DNA of 64,000 nt, from NCBI RefSeq assembly GCF_964204645.1, contig NC_134027.1, positions 26,994,560 through 27,058,559 on the forward strand. Reading direction: 5' to 3'. The DNA is from Tubulanus polymorphus. Its lineage: Eukaryota; Animalia; Nemertea. The translations under genes and the position numbers were made by a program. Of this stretch, positions 14,065 to 27,989 are shown piece by piece. The notes under the pieces are model-generated. The model worked only from the letters and a program-made list of their open reading frames with translations. It was not told the origin of the DNA and ran no database searches. The first letter of the stretch is position 1. Each line of letters begins with the position of its first letter.

Positions 14065-15510
14065 GATGTACAAAAAGAGAGAAATAGATGTCTCTTGGGA
14101 TTCAATGGTATTAGATTTCAATGTATGGGTTTGATTTGTGGTTGGTTGAGTTATTTTCTAGTTTTTAGCAATGATCTCATTCTACGGAACATGTGCGCGT
14201 GACGTGTGTACATGTCGCACAAAGATTTCAATTATTCTTTAATGTAAATATACAAATATAGTTTGAATATTTTATGTTAAAAAACGTTATGTCGCGATTG
14301 TTACGGACTGTGATCAATCTGTTACCGAACTGATAGCACATGGTTACAAATGATAACTATTGTTGTTGTTTGACAATATGCTATAAAACAGCTGTTTCAT
14401 TATTCTACCTTTTCTTACATAGAAATTGGATGTGAGTACAGATGTGGAAACCTAGATTATAATTTGGAATTCTCATTTATTGATATCTGATAAGCGATCA
14501 TTTCCCTTACTATATGATATTCACGCGGAGCGGTGTCTCAGTCCTGTTACTATACAGTCCTGTATGCCGCCTCTGTCTGGGGGGTGAATATTGGTTATAT
14601 GGCAGGTAATTTTGAGTGCTGCAGTTCTGCCCCGCCCAGGAAAGTTTTAGACACATTGCACTGCTAAGTGAATATTCCATGTACAAAAATAGAAAAGTAA
14701 TTGGAATCACTGGTTTTGGCAGGAAAATCAGTGATGGAAAATGAAGTCTAGATATTCTCTGGAATTTTGCAAGGGGGGTGTCTGGGAGTTTGTTCGCACC
14801 CCTCCCCCTGGTTATGGGCCTACTATAAAGAATTATGAGTTTGAGATCAATAGCAGATAGAAACCAATTAACTACAAAACCTGGTGATGTTCTAACGAGA
14901 GTTTGAAACGTTTTTGTGGTCTGTTTTTAATTTTAAGGTTTTATGAATCATAATTTTGTTTCTAAATTTGTGCGTAGTTGGTTTTACTCATTTTATCACC
15001 ACGTTTAGGTATTCAGACTATTCTACTATTAATAGCATTATATCTGTGTTGAAACTCCAAAACCAGATTTGAATTCACTAATCATTGATTTGAAAAGGCA
15101 GTTACAAATCATTATCCAACATAAATAAAACTCAAAATTCGTTTGTATCTATATAAATATAGTGAACTTGTGAACGATTGAAGTTGAAACGACTGAATTT
15201 GATAAAAGTAGAAATAAGCTGATGTTCGCAGCAGTTGCGGTCGTTTACTTAACGCCTAATGAATTGTATGAGAGCACCTGCTCCTCCTGTGAGCGTAGCC
15301 AATCAGGTTAGCCGATCCCCAGACACAAAGAGATAATTGTATTTGGTTAAAACTGGTGAAATTCTCAGCTGAACTCTGCGTGGAACGTTCCGCACCATCC
15401 ACGTGGAATTGCGGGGAATATTCAATCCACGAGGAATCTCTGTAAATCAATGCTATTTGTCGCTATCGGCATTCATCTGTTCCCTGTTTGGGAACAGTTA
15501 CTCCCGCCTT

Positions 15511-15980
15511 ATACCCCAGTTACAGGGTTAACTATCATCCAGCCCACCCCATACCCCAGTTACTGGGTTAACTATCATCCAGCCCACCCCATACCCCAGT
15601 TACTGGGTTAACTATCACCCAGCCCACACCATACCCCAGTTACTGGGTTAACTATCACCCAGCCCATCCCATACCCCAGTTACTGGGTTAACTATCACCC
15701 AGCCCACCCCATACCCCAGTTACTGGGTTAACTATCATCCAGCCCACCCCATACCCCAGTTACTGGGTTAACTATCACCCAGCCCATCCCATACCCCAGT
15801 TACTGGGTTATCTATCACCCAGCCCATCCCATACCCCAGTTACTGGGTTAACTATCATCCAGCCCACCCCATACCCCAGTTACTGGGTTAACTATCACCC
15901 AGCCCATCCCATACCCCAGTTACTGGGTTAACTATCACCCAGTCCATCCCATAACCCAGTTACTGGGTTAACTATCAGCC
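15511..15980. repeat. 40-bp minisatellite, about 12 units
   Basis: ATACCCCAGTTACTGGGTTAACTATCAYCCAGCCCAYCCC. Confidence 0.95.
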
Positions 15981-17144
15981 CTGCAGCCTGCCCGAGTTAC
16001 TGGATAAACTGTCCAGATAGACACAGAAAAAGTGCACAGAAGGGCGGTTAGCGGACCGATAAAAATTGTTCTATGTTATTATGCCCATGGAACCACATAC
16101 TGTAAAGATTCAGAAAATATTTTTGAAGAAGATGAAGATCCTCTGAACCAATGCATCAGGTCATTAAAGTTATGTAGAAGTTATATTTAAGAGTGTTGAT
16201 TTAATGATGTGTCTGAATATTTGACATGTATCAAATACACTCAAGTATCATTCACTTTTACCAAATATTGTATTTACATTCGCCTACTCACTCACTACAC
16301 TCTGTTCCCGAGTCATTCAAACATCGGTATCAGTTACAGCGTCCGATGGATGTATTTGAATTGAGAGAAAAATTCTTTAAAACGATGATAAGATGTTAGT
16401 GAATGAGAATGGGTTAAAGCACGGAGGTATCTTCGGGCGGCGTTCGTCAGCTGTGTCCATCGCATTAATGTATTTGTATGAGTTTATACCAGCTAAACTA
16501 ATAAACCCTGAACATTAATGAAATTACCTCACACATAATTGTTTTGATACTCGCAGGAAAATGAGTGGTGTCTATTAGTGTGTCATAAGCACCTGCGCTC
16601 AGCTCGCGCTGTGTGTTTGAGGTAACTGAAAATTAAGACACAGTTGTGTGTGTATGACAGCGCCGGTGTTGTCTGTTGATGCTAATAGGGACATACTGGA
16701 CGTTTCGTAATTTCGTAATTGGTTGTCTCGTCCTACGGTTGCATTGTGGGTAGAGGTGTCAAGTACAGATCGGGTGGATTAATACGTGAAGTCAGATTGA
16801 AGTGACGTGTCGGTGTTAGTGTTCGTGACAGGGTAACTCGTCCCGTGTCCCTGCGAGTCAGAAATAGGCCGATGGTTTAATGAAGTTTCACCAACAGACG
16901 TCTTTCTCCTTTCAACGTGAATTTATCGTTTAATCAGAGTTTTTATAGACGACGACAATTCTGTCGAAGGCCTACAGGTGTATCCTTCAATATACCACCA
17001 TCTGAACCAGGTCTTACCTATCTCAATGTTATTGAGAACTTATTCTCCTATGACAGAAAAAAATACCATTTTTAATTGTCAACATTTTGATATAAAGGGT
17101 CATTCTTGATGCAAATGTGGCATTCAAAACTTAACGGCAGTCTA

Positions 17145-17291
17145 AGAGAACCCTGGATCTACCAACCCAATTAGAGAACCCTGGATCTACCAAACTACTC
17201 GGAGAACCCTGGATCCACCAAACAATTTAGAGAACCCTGATCTACCAAACCACTTAGAGAACCCTGATCTACCAAACCACTTAGAGAACCA
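17145..17291. repeat. 27-28-bp minisatellite, about 5 units
   Basis: AGAGAACCCT(G)GATCTACCAAACCACTT. Confidence 0.85.
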
Positions 17292-17366
17292 TAACCCTAT
17301 TTTTACTGAGGGGATTTTGACCGCTAACCAGATCCACCAAATAGGCAAAACCTGAACTTGTAAATC

Positions 17367-17496
17367 TGGGGTCGGTTGCTGAAAAGTTGGTTAAAAGATA
17401 ACCAGCGAATGAATACCATAGTAACAATGAACTTTTAATTTTCACTATCTCAACTATTCACTGGTTAACTTTGACCCGAGTCAACTGCAGCCCCTG
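17367..17496. mobile_element. MITE family B copy
   Basis: CTG-GGGTCGGTTGCTGAAAAGTTGG...CAACTGCAGCCC-CTG. Confidence 0.75.
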
Positions 17497-18044
17497 ATGC
17501 CATGTTGTTTAACTTCATTCTGTAGTTCTCATAATTGTCATAGAGTGCACTACTGTAGTTTGTTATTATTAAAAACAATTAATTAGTGGCCTGAATAAAA
17601 CTTGTTGAACACATGTTATTTATTATTCAAGTAATGTCAGACTTTTTCCCTTAGAATTCTTTTCTTCCCTGAATCAACATAACATTAGTTTGTTCATTAT
17701 TTGTGTTCTTGTTTAATCACCTGGAATCAACGATCTATAGAAATCTCTTAGAAATTAGGATCATGGATGCAAGTTTGTTGTGGTGGAAAATTGTGGATCC
17801 AACCTGTACCAGCCGCCTATATCAGAGATAATGATACCGGGGGCAAGAACTCTAAGGATCTTACCAATAAGTTGCTGTCTTTAGGACCGGAATGATATCC
17901 TTTTGCCAGAATTTTGTGGACCCAGTTCTATAGAGTTTGTAAAGATTCAAATTGAGAAAAATTTCATAATAGTTTGAGATGATAGCTGTCTACCCTGTGA
18001 CCCTTGGTGGCACTGTTGGGTGAATGTACATGTAGTAATATTTT

Positions 18045-18048
<4 letters not shown>

Positions 18049-18110
<62 letters not shown>
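18049..18110. repeat. (TA)n microsatellite
   Basis: About 26 uninterrupted TA units. Confidence 0.95.
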
Positions 18111-18111
<1 letters not shown>

Positions 18112-18504
18112 TAGATCTCTTATCGACAGCTGACAATCTTAACAAGGCATGATTATAAAAACAGCTGTGATTATCAAACTATCAGCTGTCTGATATTCTA
18201 TACTGATATATCGATATCTCATTTTCATGTTGTATTATTATATATTTGCCGTTGCATATTTTATTAAAGTCGTCTCTTTGTTCCATCAATTCTTATTCAT
18301 TTCTTTATTGAAGTATTGAAATTGTATCGTAATCAATGTAGTCTTGATTTATTATTTTTTTGTAAAGTGCTAAAATCCGGTTCCCATTTTCTGAGTTGTG
18401 ATGAATGTTTTATATTTGTATAAATATTTTTTTTTCAAATAGCAATAAACTAAATAAATTTTGTTCCACAAATATGAGCTTCCTCTGAAAAGTCGTGTGC
18501 GAGC

Positions 18505-19395
18505 TGAGGTCATTCGGGATGAGGTCATTGATGGTTAGGATGAGGTCATTGAGGATGAGGTCGTTGGCGGTGAGGATGAGGTCCTTGAGGGTGAGGTTGT
18601 TGAGGATGAGTTTATTGAGGATGAGGTCGTTGAGGATGAGTTTATTGAGGATGAGGTTGTTGAGGATGAGGTTATTGAGGATGAGGTCGTTGAGGATGAG
18701 TTCATTGAGGATGAGGTTGTTTAGAGTTGGGTCATTGAGGATGAGGTTATTTAGGGTGAGGGTGATGATGAGGTCATTGACAGTAAGGATGAGGTCCTTG
18801 AGGATGAGGTCATTGAAGGTGAGGTTGTTGAGGAGGATGAGGTTATTATGGATGAGGTCGTTGAGGAAGATGAGGTCATTGAGGATGTCATAGAGGGTGA
18901 AGTTATTTAGGATGAGGTTATTGAGGGTGAGGTTATTTAGGATGAGGTTATTGAGGGTTAGGTTATTGAGGGTTAGGTTATTGAGGGTTAGGTTATTTAG
19001 GATGAGGTTATTGAGGGTTAGGTTATTGAGGGTTAGGTTATTGAGGGTTAGGTTATTGAGGGTTAGGTTATTGAGGGTTAGGTTATTGAGGGTTAGGTTA
19101 TTGAGGGTTAGGTTATTGAGGGTTAGGTTATTGAGGGTTAGGTTATTGAGGGTTAGGTTATTGAGGGTTAGGTTATTTAGGAAGAGGTTATTGAGGGTTA
19201 GGTTATTGAGGGTTAGGTTATTGAGGGTTAGGTTATTGAGGGTTAGGTTATTGAGGGTTAGGTTATTGAGGGTTAGGTTATTGAGGGTTAGGTTATTGAG
19301 GGTTAGGTTATTGAGGGTTAGGTTATTGAGGGTTAGGTTATTGAGGGTTAGGTTATTGAGGGTTAGGTTATTTAGGATTAAGTCCTTGATGATGT
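18505..19395. repeat. 15-bp satellite with divergence gradient
   Basis: Degenerate GAGGATGAGGTCATT units grading into homogeneous GAGGGTTAGGTTATT units from about 18945 to 19372. Confidence 0.95.
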
Positions 19396-19696
19396 AAAAT
19401 GGGATATTGGCGTTTTATTGCATTACCGAAAATGTATTATTAAAAGTGGAGAATGAAAAATGAATTAAAAGTAATTAATTATACAAACAATAAATTTTAA
19501 ACTGCTGACATCGCACTAAATATGAGTTCACTAAATATAAAAATACAAATAATAATCGATAGTTTCATTAAACCACGAGACAAAAAATTATCAAATCTAT
19601 TCAACACGAGAAATAATTGAATATGTCATTATTTTCTATAGGCGACAATATGTGCATTTTATTGCGTGAAATAGTTGATCATAGTCGTCGTCGGCT

Positions 19697-19860
19697 GGTC
19701 CAGATGTTTTTACTCCAAACATGTACTGTGACAGAGTGAAGCATTATTGATTGCTGTCAGTATATAAACTCGGGCTACAGTACTGACGAGACAAGCTGGA
19801 CAAATATGCTGCAATTTACCAGCTTCTTGTGCATATATCATTCGGATACCGCGATGTAAG
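19697..19860 (+). promoter_or_regulatory. Candidate TATA promoter and non-coding leader exon
   Basis: E-box CAGATG at 19701, TATATAAA at 19761-19768, perfect donor AAG|GTAAGT at 19860/19861. Confidence 0.4.
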
Positions 19861-20129
19861 GTAAGTTTTTTTTACTCTTTTCATATGAGCTATCTAGATT
19901 TTTGATGAATTCATTAACGACCGGTTGAAGTACAGGTGTGACCGCGATGAGTTCAAGTGTTAAGCCGTAATGACCCGACCTGGTTAATGTGCATCACAGA
20001 TTAATGATAGAAATTGATCAGACATCGAAGTCAGTCGTAGTAAATCGGATATTTCGTTTATTCAATAAATGAAGCAGATATTATTTATTCGGATGTTTGT
20101 AATTGTAGATTGTTGTAACTGAAGCGACG

Positions 20130-20220
20130 ATGTCAGAAAATCCAACAGAACAAACGTGTGCCATTAATTTGGCTTTAAAAATGCCTTACGAAATACAAGA
20201 CAAAGAAAACTCAGAACCAG
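20130..20220 (+). CDS. Candidate alternative first coding exon of MTG/CBFA2T
   Basis: ATG TCA GAA...GAA CCA G|gtaaac, 30 codons + 1 nt (MSENPTEQTCAINLALKMPYEIQDKENSEP), phase 1; upstream acceptor ttgtag at 20108 and a non-coding exon ending AAG|gtaagt at 19860. Confidence 0.55.
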
Positions 20221-21529
20221 GTAAACACTCTATGATATTCTGGTGGTTGGTTTTTAGTTATTTGTTCATCGTTTTATTGTAGAAGGCAGCAGCAGCGGCA
20301 GCAGCAGCAGCAACTCGGTGTTGATACTTCTCCCTTGGTAGTTTGTTAGGCAGGTGCACCGTATTTTCAACTGTCACTTCAATGAAAGTTATTTATTAAT
20401 TCATGACTTCAGGTTTTGCGAGTATCATTATAATCTGCTAATTGTCGCTGCACACCTGGGTTTTTTCCACACGCTTCAAATTTCAGGACAACTAAAACCA
20501 GTCGTTCAACGTCGGGAAAAAATCTCGAAAAAAACTCTCGTTTTCCGGTTAATGAGAAAATTTAAGCATTCGGGTTATATATAATTCTAAAGAGTTTTAG
20601 ACTAATGCGGAACCGGGCTCATTATTAATTCTAAAACAATATGAACAAAAACTTATGAATATCTCTTCAGGAATATAGGTCTAATTATTTTACTATTAGA
20701 TTAGAACCCGCAACAGGGAGCGCAAAACATCCTCGGTGTGAGTGATGACGTCATCCTCTATAACCCCTTACCCTCCCAGAAATTGTGATTGATAGATTTG
20801 GTTTTTAATCTCAATTTGTATATAGTGGGTTTTAAACTTATTATCTGTTCTCCGTGTCAGAGTGCACCAGGGCTACTCCCTACCATCATGAATAATCTTC
20901 CACCAACTTACTTACATTTAAACACAATATAATGTTAATTTGGACGACCGTCCAACTATATTTTAAGATCAAACCTCCTGTTTCGATCCTGGCAGGTTTA
21001 GTGGATTTGACACGATAAGTAAAAAATTGATTAAGAAAATCATTTTGGAATCATGAGCGGGAGGGCAACATTCCGAATGAGGAAAGAAAAAAAACTAACT
21101 GTATTTTTTGCCAGATTTTGTAAGATTTTCAAATAAGTTGGTATCATGAGGTAGCAAAAATAATGATATTTAGTAAGGTACACTGAAACCATTATTAACC
21201 ATGGTCTCCTTTCACTCATTCACTATAAACAGGTGTTAAATAAACACGATATATTCTTCATACAATTTAATATCGCGTGAATCCATTTTTATTAAAATAT
21301 TGATAGAAAAATGCTATTAATTTCTAAAACTGGCAACAATATGTGCAGCAGTATTCACACAGAGACCTGAGCAGCAGCGACCCTGGGTGTGAAATCAGCT
21401 GTGACCCTTTTTATCTAAACCTTGTCCAGATGTGAATTCACAAAAATGAATAATATTCCAATTTATCCAGTAATAACATTTGTGACTGTTACGAAGTGAC
21501 CTAGTAACAATTTCGCTAATTAACTGTCA

Positions 21530-21760
21530 TCAACGGTCGTTATGCGTGTATGAATATTTCGGGTGAATATAAATCAATTCAATAAAGATTTTCCTATTTA
21601 TTATAGTTTAACAATTAGATCATTAATAACTGGACAATTCAGAAAACAGTATAAATCATATTCAATTCATCAATTCATTTGGATCTAAAGCTACCTAAAA
21701 ATTAAGCGAACACTAAGAGAATTCCGAACCAGGTAAATGCTCAACGATAGTCTGGTTGAA
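21530..21760 (+). pseudogene. Decayed duplicate of the 20130-20220 exon (pseudo-exon)
   Basis: SIHLDLKLP versus AINLALKMP, and ENSEP with the same GAACCAG|GTAAA donor (21726-21737), but with in-frame TAA, an indel and no ATG. Confidence 0.55.
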
Positions 21761-22711
21761 ATGATTCACCAAAATAAAAAACTGTCGGAAATAAAAAGCT
21801 CGCGAATATTTCATATCGAAGTCTAACAGTCTGTTTTGCATTGATCTCTTAAATTGTGCTATAAATATGAAACAAACATTTTAATGGAAACCATCGAAAT
21901 GTTGGATTCATCGTAAACAGTAATTTGATGGGGAAATAGTCACATAAACATATTTATATTGATTTAAATTCATAAATATAGCTTTCTGAAGAGACCACTT
22001 AGAAACATATTCACCTCTTCATATAATATGCTGTATATAACCAGTTTGGTCTATGGTTAATGCCAAACTAGATATCTGACACTATGCTTCTCGGTCTACC
22101 TGAAATCCAGAAGAGAATATTTATTTTGGCTTATGGAGTGTCCCTTAAATCCCATATCCTTTCTATAACCCCTTTCCTGTTATCCTGCGTGTTCATGCAG
22201 ATGGTTAGAAGTTAGAAGGCAACCTATGGCTCAAAAAACCACTCTGACTTTTATGATGGATTAATATTATTCGTGTTGGCCTGTATCGTTCCCAGCAGGT
22301 CGGTTTGTAAGGGATCCAACATTGAATCTAATATCTAATAAATAAGAATGACAATTTCCCTATTTCAAAAGAGGGACGCGAAACATTCCAAATAAGGAAA
22401 GAAAAACAAACAGTGATTTTTGCCGCGCGTTGCAGAAGACGTTTGAAATAAGTTGGTATTATGAGGTGTTCAGCTGTTGTCGATGGAAACCGAGATTATT
22501 TGGTTGAATGATCGTCTTGGGAACAGCTGCCGCTACATAACTTGTTTTCACATTCTTTATTTTAGCCGATTTGGACAAACTGCGTCAGCGAGGGAAAATC
22601 AATTGAAATCTGTTTAGGCCATCTTGTAACATATTTCACCATTCTCAATCCCGAGGGGTCGAAGTTCTTTGATGAAAAAATATCGTCGAATCTACGAAAT
22701 CTAAACTAATA

Positions 22712-22802
22712 CGACGAGAATCCGGATTGCGACGAGAATCCGGATTACGACGAGAATCCGGATTGCGACGAGAATCCGGATTGCGACGAGAATCCGGATT
22801 GC
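22712..22802. repeat. 18-bp tandem repeat x5
   Basis: CGACGAGAATCCGGATTG. Confidence 0.92.
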
Positions 22803-23667
22803 GTATAAAACGTTTTGTTTCCATATCTCTTCAGTTTACGTCGAGTGTGAAATAATAAAACAGATGGTCGGTTAGATTACGTTTTCACGTTTTTTCTAGT
22901 TTTAGCGAGATTAGTTTCTCCTCCTCATCGGGAGTCGAGTGAAAATACTGATTAACATTTAATTTAGTTAAGTACCCGGTGACCATCTGTTTTGTGTCGT
23001 CTTACAACCGGGACCGTGTCTTAAAACAATGACCGACTGCGCTGCGTGTATTACCCGGAGGTGAAGATTAGTGCAGCTTCATTTAAAACAATGTCACAAA
23101 CAAAGACTTGTGTTCGTAGAAATTACATTTATCAGATTTCATTCGCCATGACACACACATTGTCCGTATCGCACATGAGGCATTGTGAAGATGTAGACTC
23201 TTGCAGACTTCAAATTTCAAATACTTCTGTCAAAATTATGTTTATGATTATGGATTCCTGAAGATGATGAATCGTGCTGCTATAGATTCGAATCTGAATA
23301 TTTTGTCATTGATTCCGTAGATTCTAGATATAACCGCAACACTTGAATTAAGAGACTGAATCACTCATTATATTGTAAAGATTCGTTCGATTCACTATAT
23401 TATGATATTTTAGAAGTATATGACCCAGATGTTGTGTAAATTAATTGCACGGAGAGTCTGATTCGTTTTGACTTGTATCTTGAATCTGATTAATTGACAT
23501 CCCTCAACTAATCACGCGCGTGTCTCTAAGGTATCGTTGTTATAGTTCACATGCTGATCACTAGGGATGAATGACCCATCTGTGCTCCCAATTGACTTCC
23601 ATCAATCTGTTTAGTTGTTTCTCCTGTCACTTCTCGGTGTTATAACAACCATTTCCCGTTACGCTGC

Positions 23668-23890
23668 TCGCAGGTACCTCATGCTGATTGCTGATACTCA
23701 CAGACACCTTATACAGGTACCTCATACTCGCAGGTACCTCATTCTGGTACCTGATACTCGCAGGTACCTCATTGTGGTACCTTATACTCATATTCACCAT
23801 ACTCTTCATACGCGTACCTCATACAGGCACCTGATACTAACAGTCACCTCACATGTACCCTGCAGATAGTTTTTACAGGTACCTCATACC
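23668..23890. repeat. 30-bp degenerate tandem repeat
   Basis: CGCAGGTACCTCATTCTGGTACCTGATACT-like units. Confidence 0.8.
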
Positions 23891-24177
23891 AAATTGTTAA
23901 CTGAAAATACACCTGTGAATTAATTACAGGCTTGCAGTGAACCCTCTCCCCTCCTGCAGGTGGCCAGGTCAATGAGTTATTATCTTAACCGATAAGGACC
24001 ACATCATACATAGGATGTTGGACCATTAGTGGATAGTTGTGGATGGTGGATAATTGAGGCCCTGGTGGATATTGGACAGCGAGATGGATAACTGATCATC
24101 ATTCAAGTTTAAAATGAAATCAAATGAATTTTTGTGATAAGGAATTCATAATTTTTGCGGTTAGTTGAGTGATGATA

Positions 24178-24413
24178 ATTGAGGATATAGTGGATGATTG
24201 AGGGTACAGTGGATTATTGAGGGTATAGTTGATGATTGAGGGTACAGTGGATGATTGAGGGTACAGTGGATGATTGAGGGTACAGTATATTATTGAGGGT
24301 ATAGTGGATGATTGAGGGTACAGTGGATTATTGAGGGTACAGTGGATGATCGAGGGTACAGTGGATGATTGAGGGTACAGTGGATGATTGAGGGTACAGT
24401 GGATGATTGAGGT
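24178..24413. repeat. 19-bp tandem repeat, about 12 units
   Basis: TTGAGGGTACAGTGGATGA. Confidence 0.92.
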
Positions 24414-25542
24414 TTGACTATAAACATATCAAGTGTTGATTCTTATGGTTACACGTTACATTGATAGGTGGCAGCGCTATACGTTCAATGATAAGGATAA
24501 GTTTTTTTGGATTATCGTTTATCATACCAGATATCTACGGTCAAATACCGTCTGGTTTCTACCTGGAAAAATGTTATTTTTGGAACAAATACTCAGGGTA
24601 GATTAAAAAAACAACGTTTATAAGTGAGACTGGGGGTTCCTGTAATAAGTTGTCAGGTCCCCGGTGACGGACATAGCAACATAATCCGCTTTAATCCACT
24701 TTAGCGAATTAGATAATACAGTTATACACTTTACTCGCGGAATAAAAACATTCCGACAGTCGCAGAACATCTGTAGACAAATCTTCAGAACATGAGGCAG
24801 CGAGATAAGTGTGTTTTTTTGTTGCTATGCTTGAACTTCTAATTTTAAGATTGACGTCTAAACGTTTCACCGATTTCACCGTTTTTTGTGTTCAGTAAAA
24901 ACCTCACAATTCACTCGCGAGGTTCTGTTGAATATATTCGAACCAGTTGTCTTCGCGTTTTCATATTATTCGAATGCTCGAATTTTTTTGGATAAAATCT
25001 GAAAGAAATTAGATAAGCAAATTGCTTACAGGATTCCTGAAATGCAAATTTGATAGTTTGTAAGGTATGGGTTTGATGTAGAGGGGGTACCCAGTGGTTA
25101 ACTGGTGTAGCACAGGTGTATGACATACAGTTAGGTGTTAGAGAGATATAGTACAGCTGCAGATGCCGAACTGGCGCCGTAAAGACTGCAGACAATCTGG
25201 AAGAATGAAGAGTATTATAGACAGCTGGACCAAAACTTTCCTCTCCCCCTAAACACAGGTGTTAAATATCTAACCATCCTTTAAATATTTATTCTTTCAT
25301 CTTTGGATGAATTATTAAAATGTGAAATTTGAGATTTAAATGCGGCCCGCGAGATCTCGAGATCTCGCGCTGGATGTTTTAAAGTCTGATACGACATTAA
25401 AACCTAGCTTTCTGTTTGAACTCATGGATAAAAACTGTATGGTTTTGTGGTTAGTTAGTCCTGCTATGTGGTCGGTCTGTAGGGTTAAAAGAGATATTGT
25501 ATTGTAACCGAAAAGCTCTGAGTTTGTGTTGTAACAACAACG

Positions 25543-25608
25543 TAAAATGCCGCAATAACATAATGTAAAATGCCGCAATAACATAATGTAAAATGCCGCA
25601 ATAACAAT
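25543..25608. repeat. 23-bp tandem repeat x3
   Basis: TAAAATGCCGCAATAACATAATG. Confidence 0.85.
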
Positions 25609-27989
25609 GAAATTTCCAAATGTCTCCTCGGACTCAATACTTCATTCAATGGTTTCAGCTTTATCCTAAAATATTCATCTTCGGGAATGTGAGAAGATGA
25701 CAATTAGGAAGTCATCGAAGCATTGAATAAAATATGGCCTCAAAGAAACATTTCGGACTCTATTTTCTTATTGTGGTATTTTATGTAAGAAATTAAATCA
25801 TATTGCTTCCGTAAGCCATTTAAATCTTTAGTTTTTTTTTTTGCGTTGCAGCTGGCATACTATCTATTTTGATTTCTTCTATAGATATCCCGCCCGATGT
25901 AGGAGATACTATTATAAAATGTACGACGGATTTTTTTTTCCTACCTCGAAATTGAAATCTACAGAACAAACAATCTGTTCCATACTAGATATAAATTTAT
26001 TAACATAACAATGGTGAATAGATAAGCAGAATTTGTCCAAACCGTTGATTTTCAATCGAACTTTCTGTTTTTCTATGAGTGATTGTTTTCTTTCTTTTTT
26101 TTATATCGAATTGTATTTTGTCAATGTCATCGGCAAACCGAAGCCCATTTGTCGCAGCTGGTCGGAAATTTACTATTATTATTACAACCATACTAGGACA
26201 TAATTACAATATATCTAATAATTCCTATTAAAATGAGTTTATGTACGATTGGTCTATTGTAGTGGTTTGAACAGCTGTAAGACTTCGGGCCTGACACCTG
26301 GTGTCACATCTATTAATAATCCCGAACGTTCATCCGCGATTATGTATCTTTATTATTAGATTATTTCTGTAAAATTCAATCCAACATTGAGGGCCGTGTT
26401 GTTATGGTAATTAGAAGGAAATTGCTCGATTTGAATAGGGTTTTTTTAGATCCCTAGAAAACAGGTGTCCTCGCCGAGGCCAATAAATATATGATTAAAT
26501 TCTTAAGTTATAATCGATTTATCTTTGCTTCTACCATTAAATCGTAGATAGTTCGTACAGTTCAGTTTTTTTTAAACCCCGGATGACGTTCTCGGTTAAA
26601 ATTTGACTCGTTATAACCAGAAGCGAATATTGAAGATTTTGTCACATCCCATAAGCTAGTGACTTTGATGTCCAAAAAGACAATATCAAGCGTACTCCCA
26701 CACACTGAAATGAATCAATTTTCTTAGTTGACAAAATGAAAAAAAAGGTCATTCAAAATTTGATAGACTCATGCAAGTCTCAAAAGTCCCCCCCCCTGGA
26801 TTTGCCCCAGATAACATTGAAAATGAACTTATCTTAACTCTGGAATCAAACGAGATATTGATCAGTATCTCGTTCCGCAGTTCTGGGATCAAATTTGACC
26901 CTATAGCGAAAACATCTGAAGCGAACGAATTAAGAACTTAGGATCGAGAAACTGCTGTTTCATTGATTGCGTAGAGAAATTGGTAAAAACGACGACCAAT
27001 TTCATCAGTGAATTCATCAGTGACAAATATCATATCGATGTATAACACATGTTTACGGTGTTTTTAATTGATACTTTTGTTCCATTCGCGATAAATCATC
27101 GTAGATGTTAGTAACAGAAGGGACGAAGAGACGACGTCGCGTTGTATATAGAGTGAAAGAATATGATGACAAAAGCGCGAAGTAACGTAACAAGCTGCTG
27201 CGTCCACAGTCCGACGACCGACCGAGATGATAACTGACAGTTTATTGTTCCGATGTCTTTATCTATTTCACAGTTACCGGTTATCTCTAAATGCAGCTGG
27301 TCCCCGGACGACATTCTCTTCATAAGTTTTATATTTCGAAATATTGAATTGATTAAAGACATAAGTTAATAGTAATCACACATGTGCGTATAGTCAGTTA
27401 TAATATGTATCAGGTGGTCGCGTTGACTATTGTCAGTACCAGCATTTTACAGAACACCGAATGCAATTTATAGTTGAACATTTTAGATGCGTATTAATAC
27501 CGGATTGTTGTGGCATACGAATGATCCTTGATTTGACGCTCAATTCGGTGAATTTTGGAAATAGTTTTAATTTCTCGATGATAATTCTCAACTCTGACGA
27601 TACTGAAATATATTATCACGATGCATTGAGGAAAAGATATTAGTGAGCATTTGAAGTTCACGATGTCAGGAATGACCTTTTAGTTATATGTTTTTTTGTA
27701 AATGTGACATTTAGAATAATGGAGCGATAAGGACCGGAAGCTAAGAGTAACCACTGTAAACTTGACTGAGCGTTTGAAGAATAGTTTGACGGATATAAGA
27801 ATTACCAGAGGCCCAGGAATTTTGAATAGGAGGGAGGTGGGGCAAAAAATTGGAGACCTACACATAATTGGTACAAGAACGTGAGCGCTGTGGGCATGAG
27901 GTCCTTTAGAGGGTTTAGGGGCCCAAGCAAATTAGGAAAAAAATTGATAATTTTCTTAGCATCTAGCGTGATTCTAAATAGAACAACAG

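Noticed and set aside
15511-15980. Regular palindrome-containing array resembling CRISPR
   Set aside because: Units are directly tandem with no unique spacers, there are no cas genes, and the context is eukaryotic.
18945-19372. Interstitial telomere
   Set aside because: The unit is a 15-mer that grades from a non-telomeric ancestor; there are no consecutive TTAGGG hexamers.
18495-19397. ORFs of 132 and 166 aa (RMRSL/RVRLL repeats)
   Set aside because: Stop-free by-product of the 15-bp satellite; no splice or homology support.
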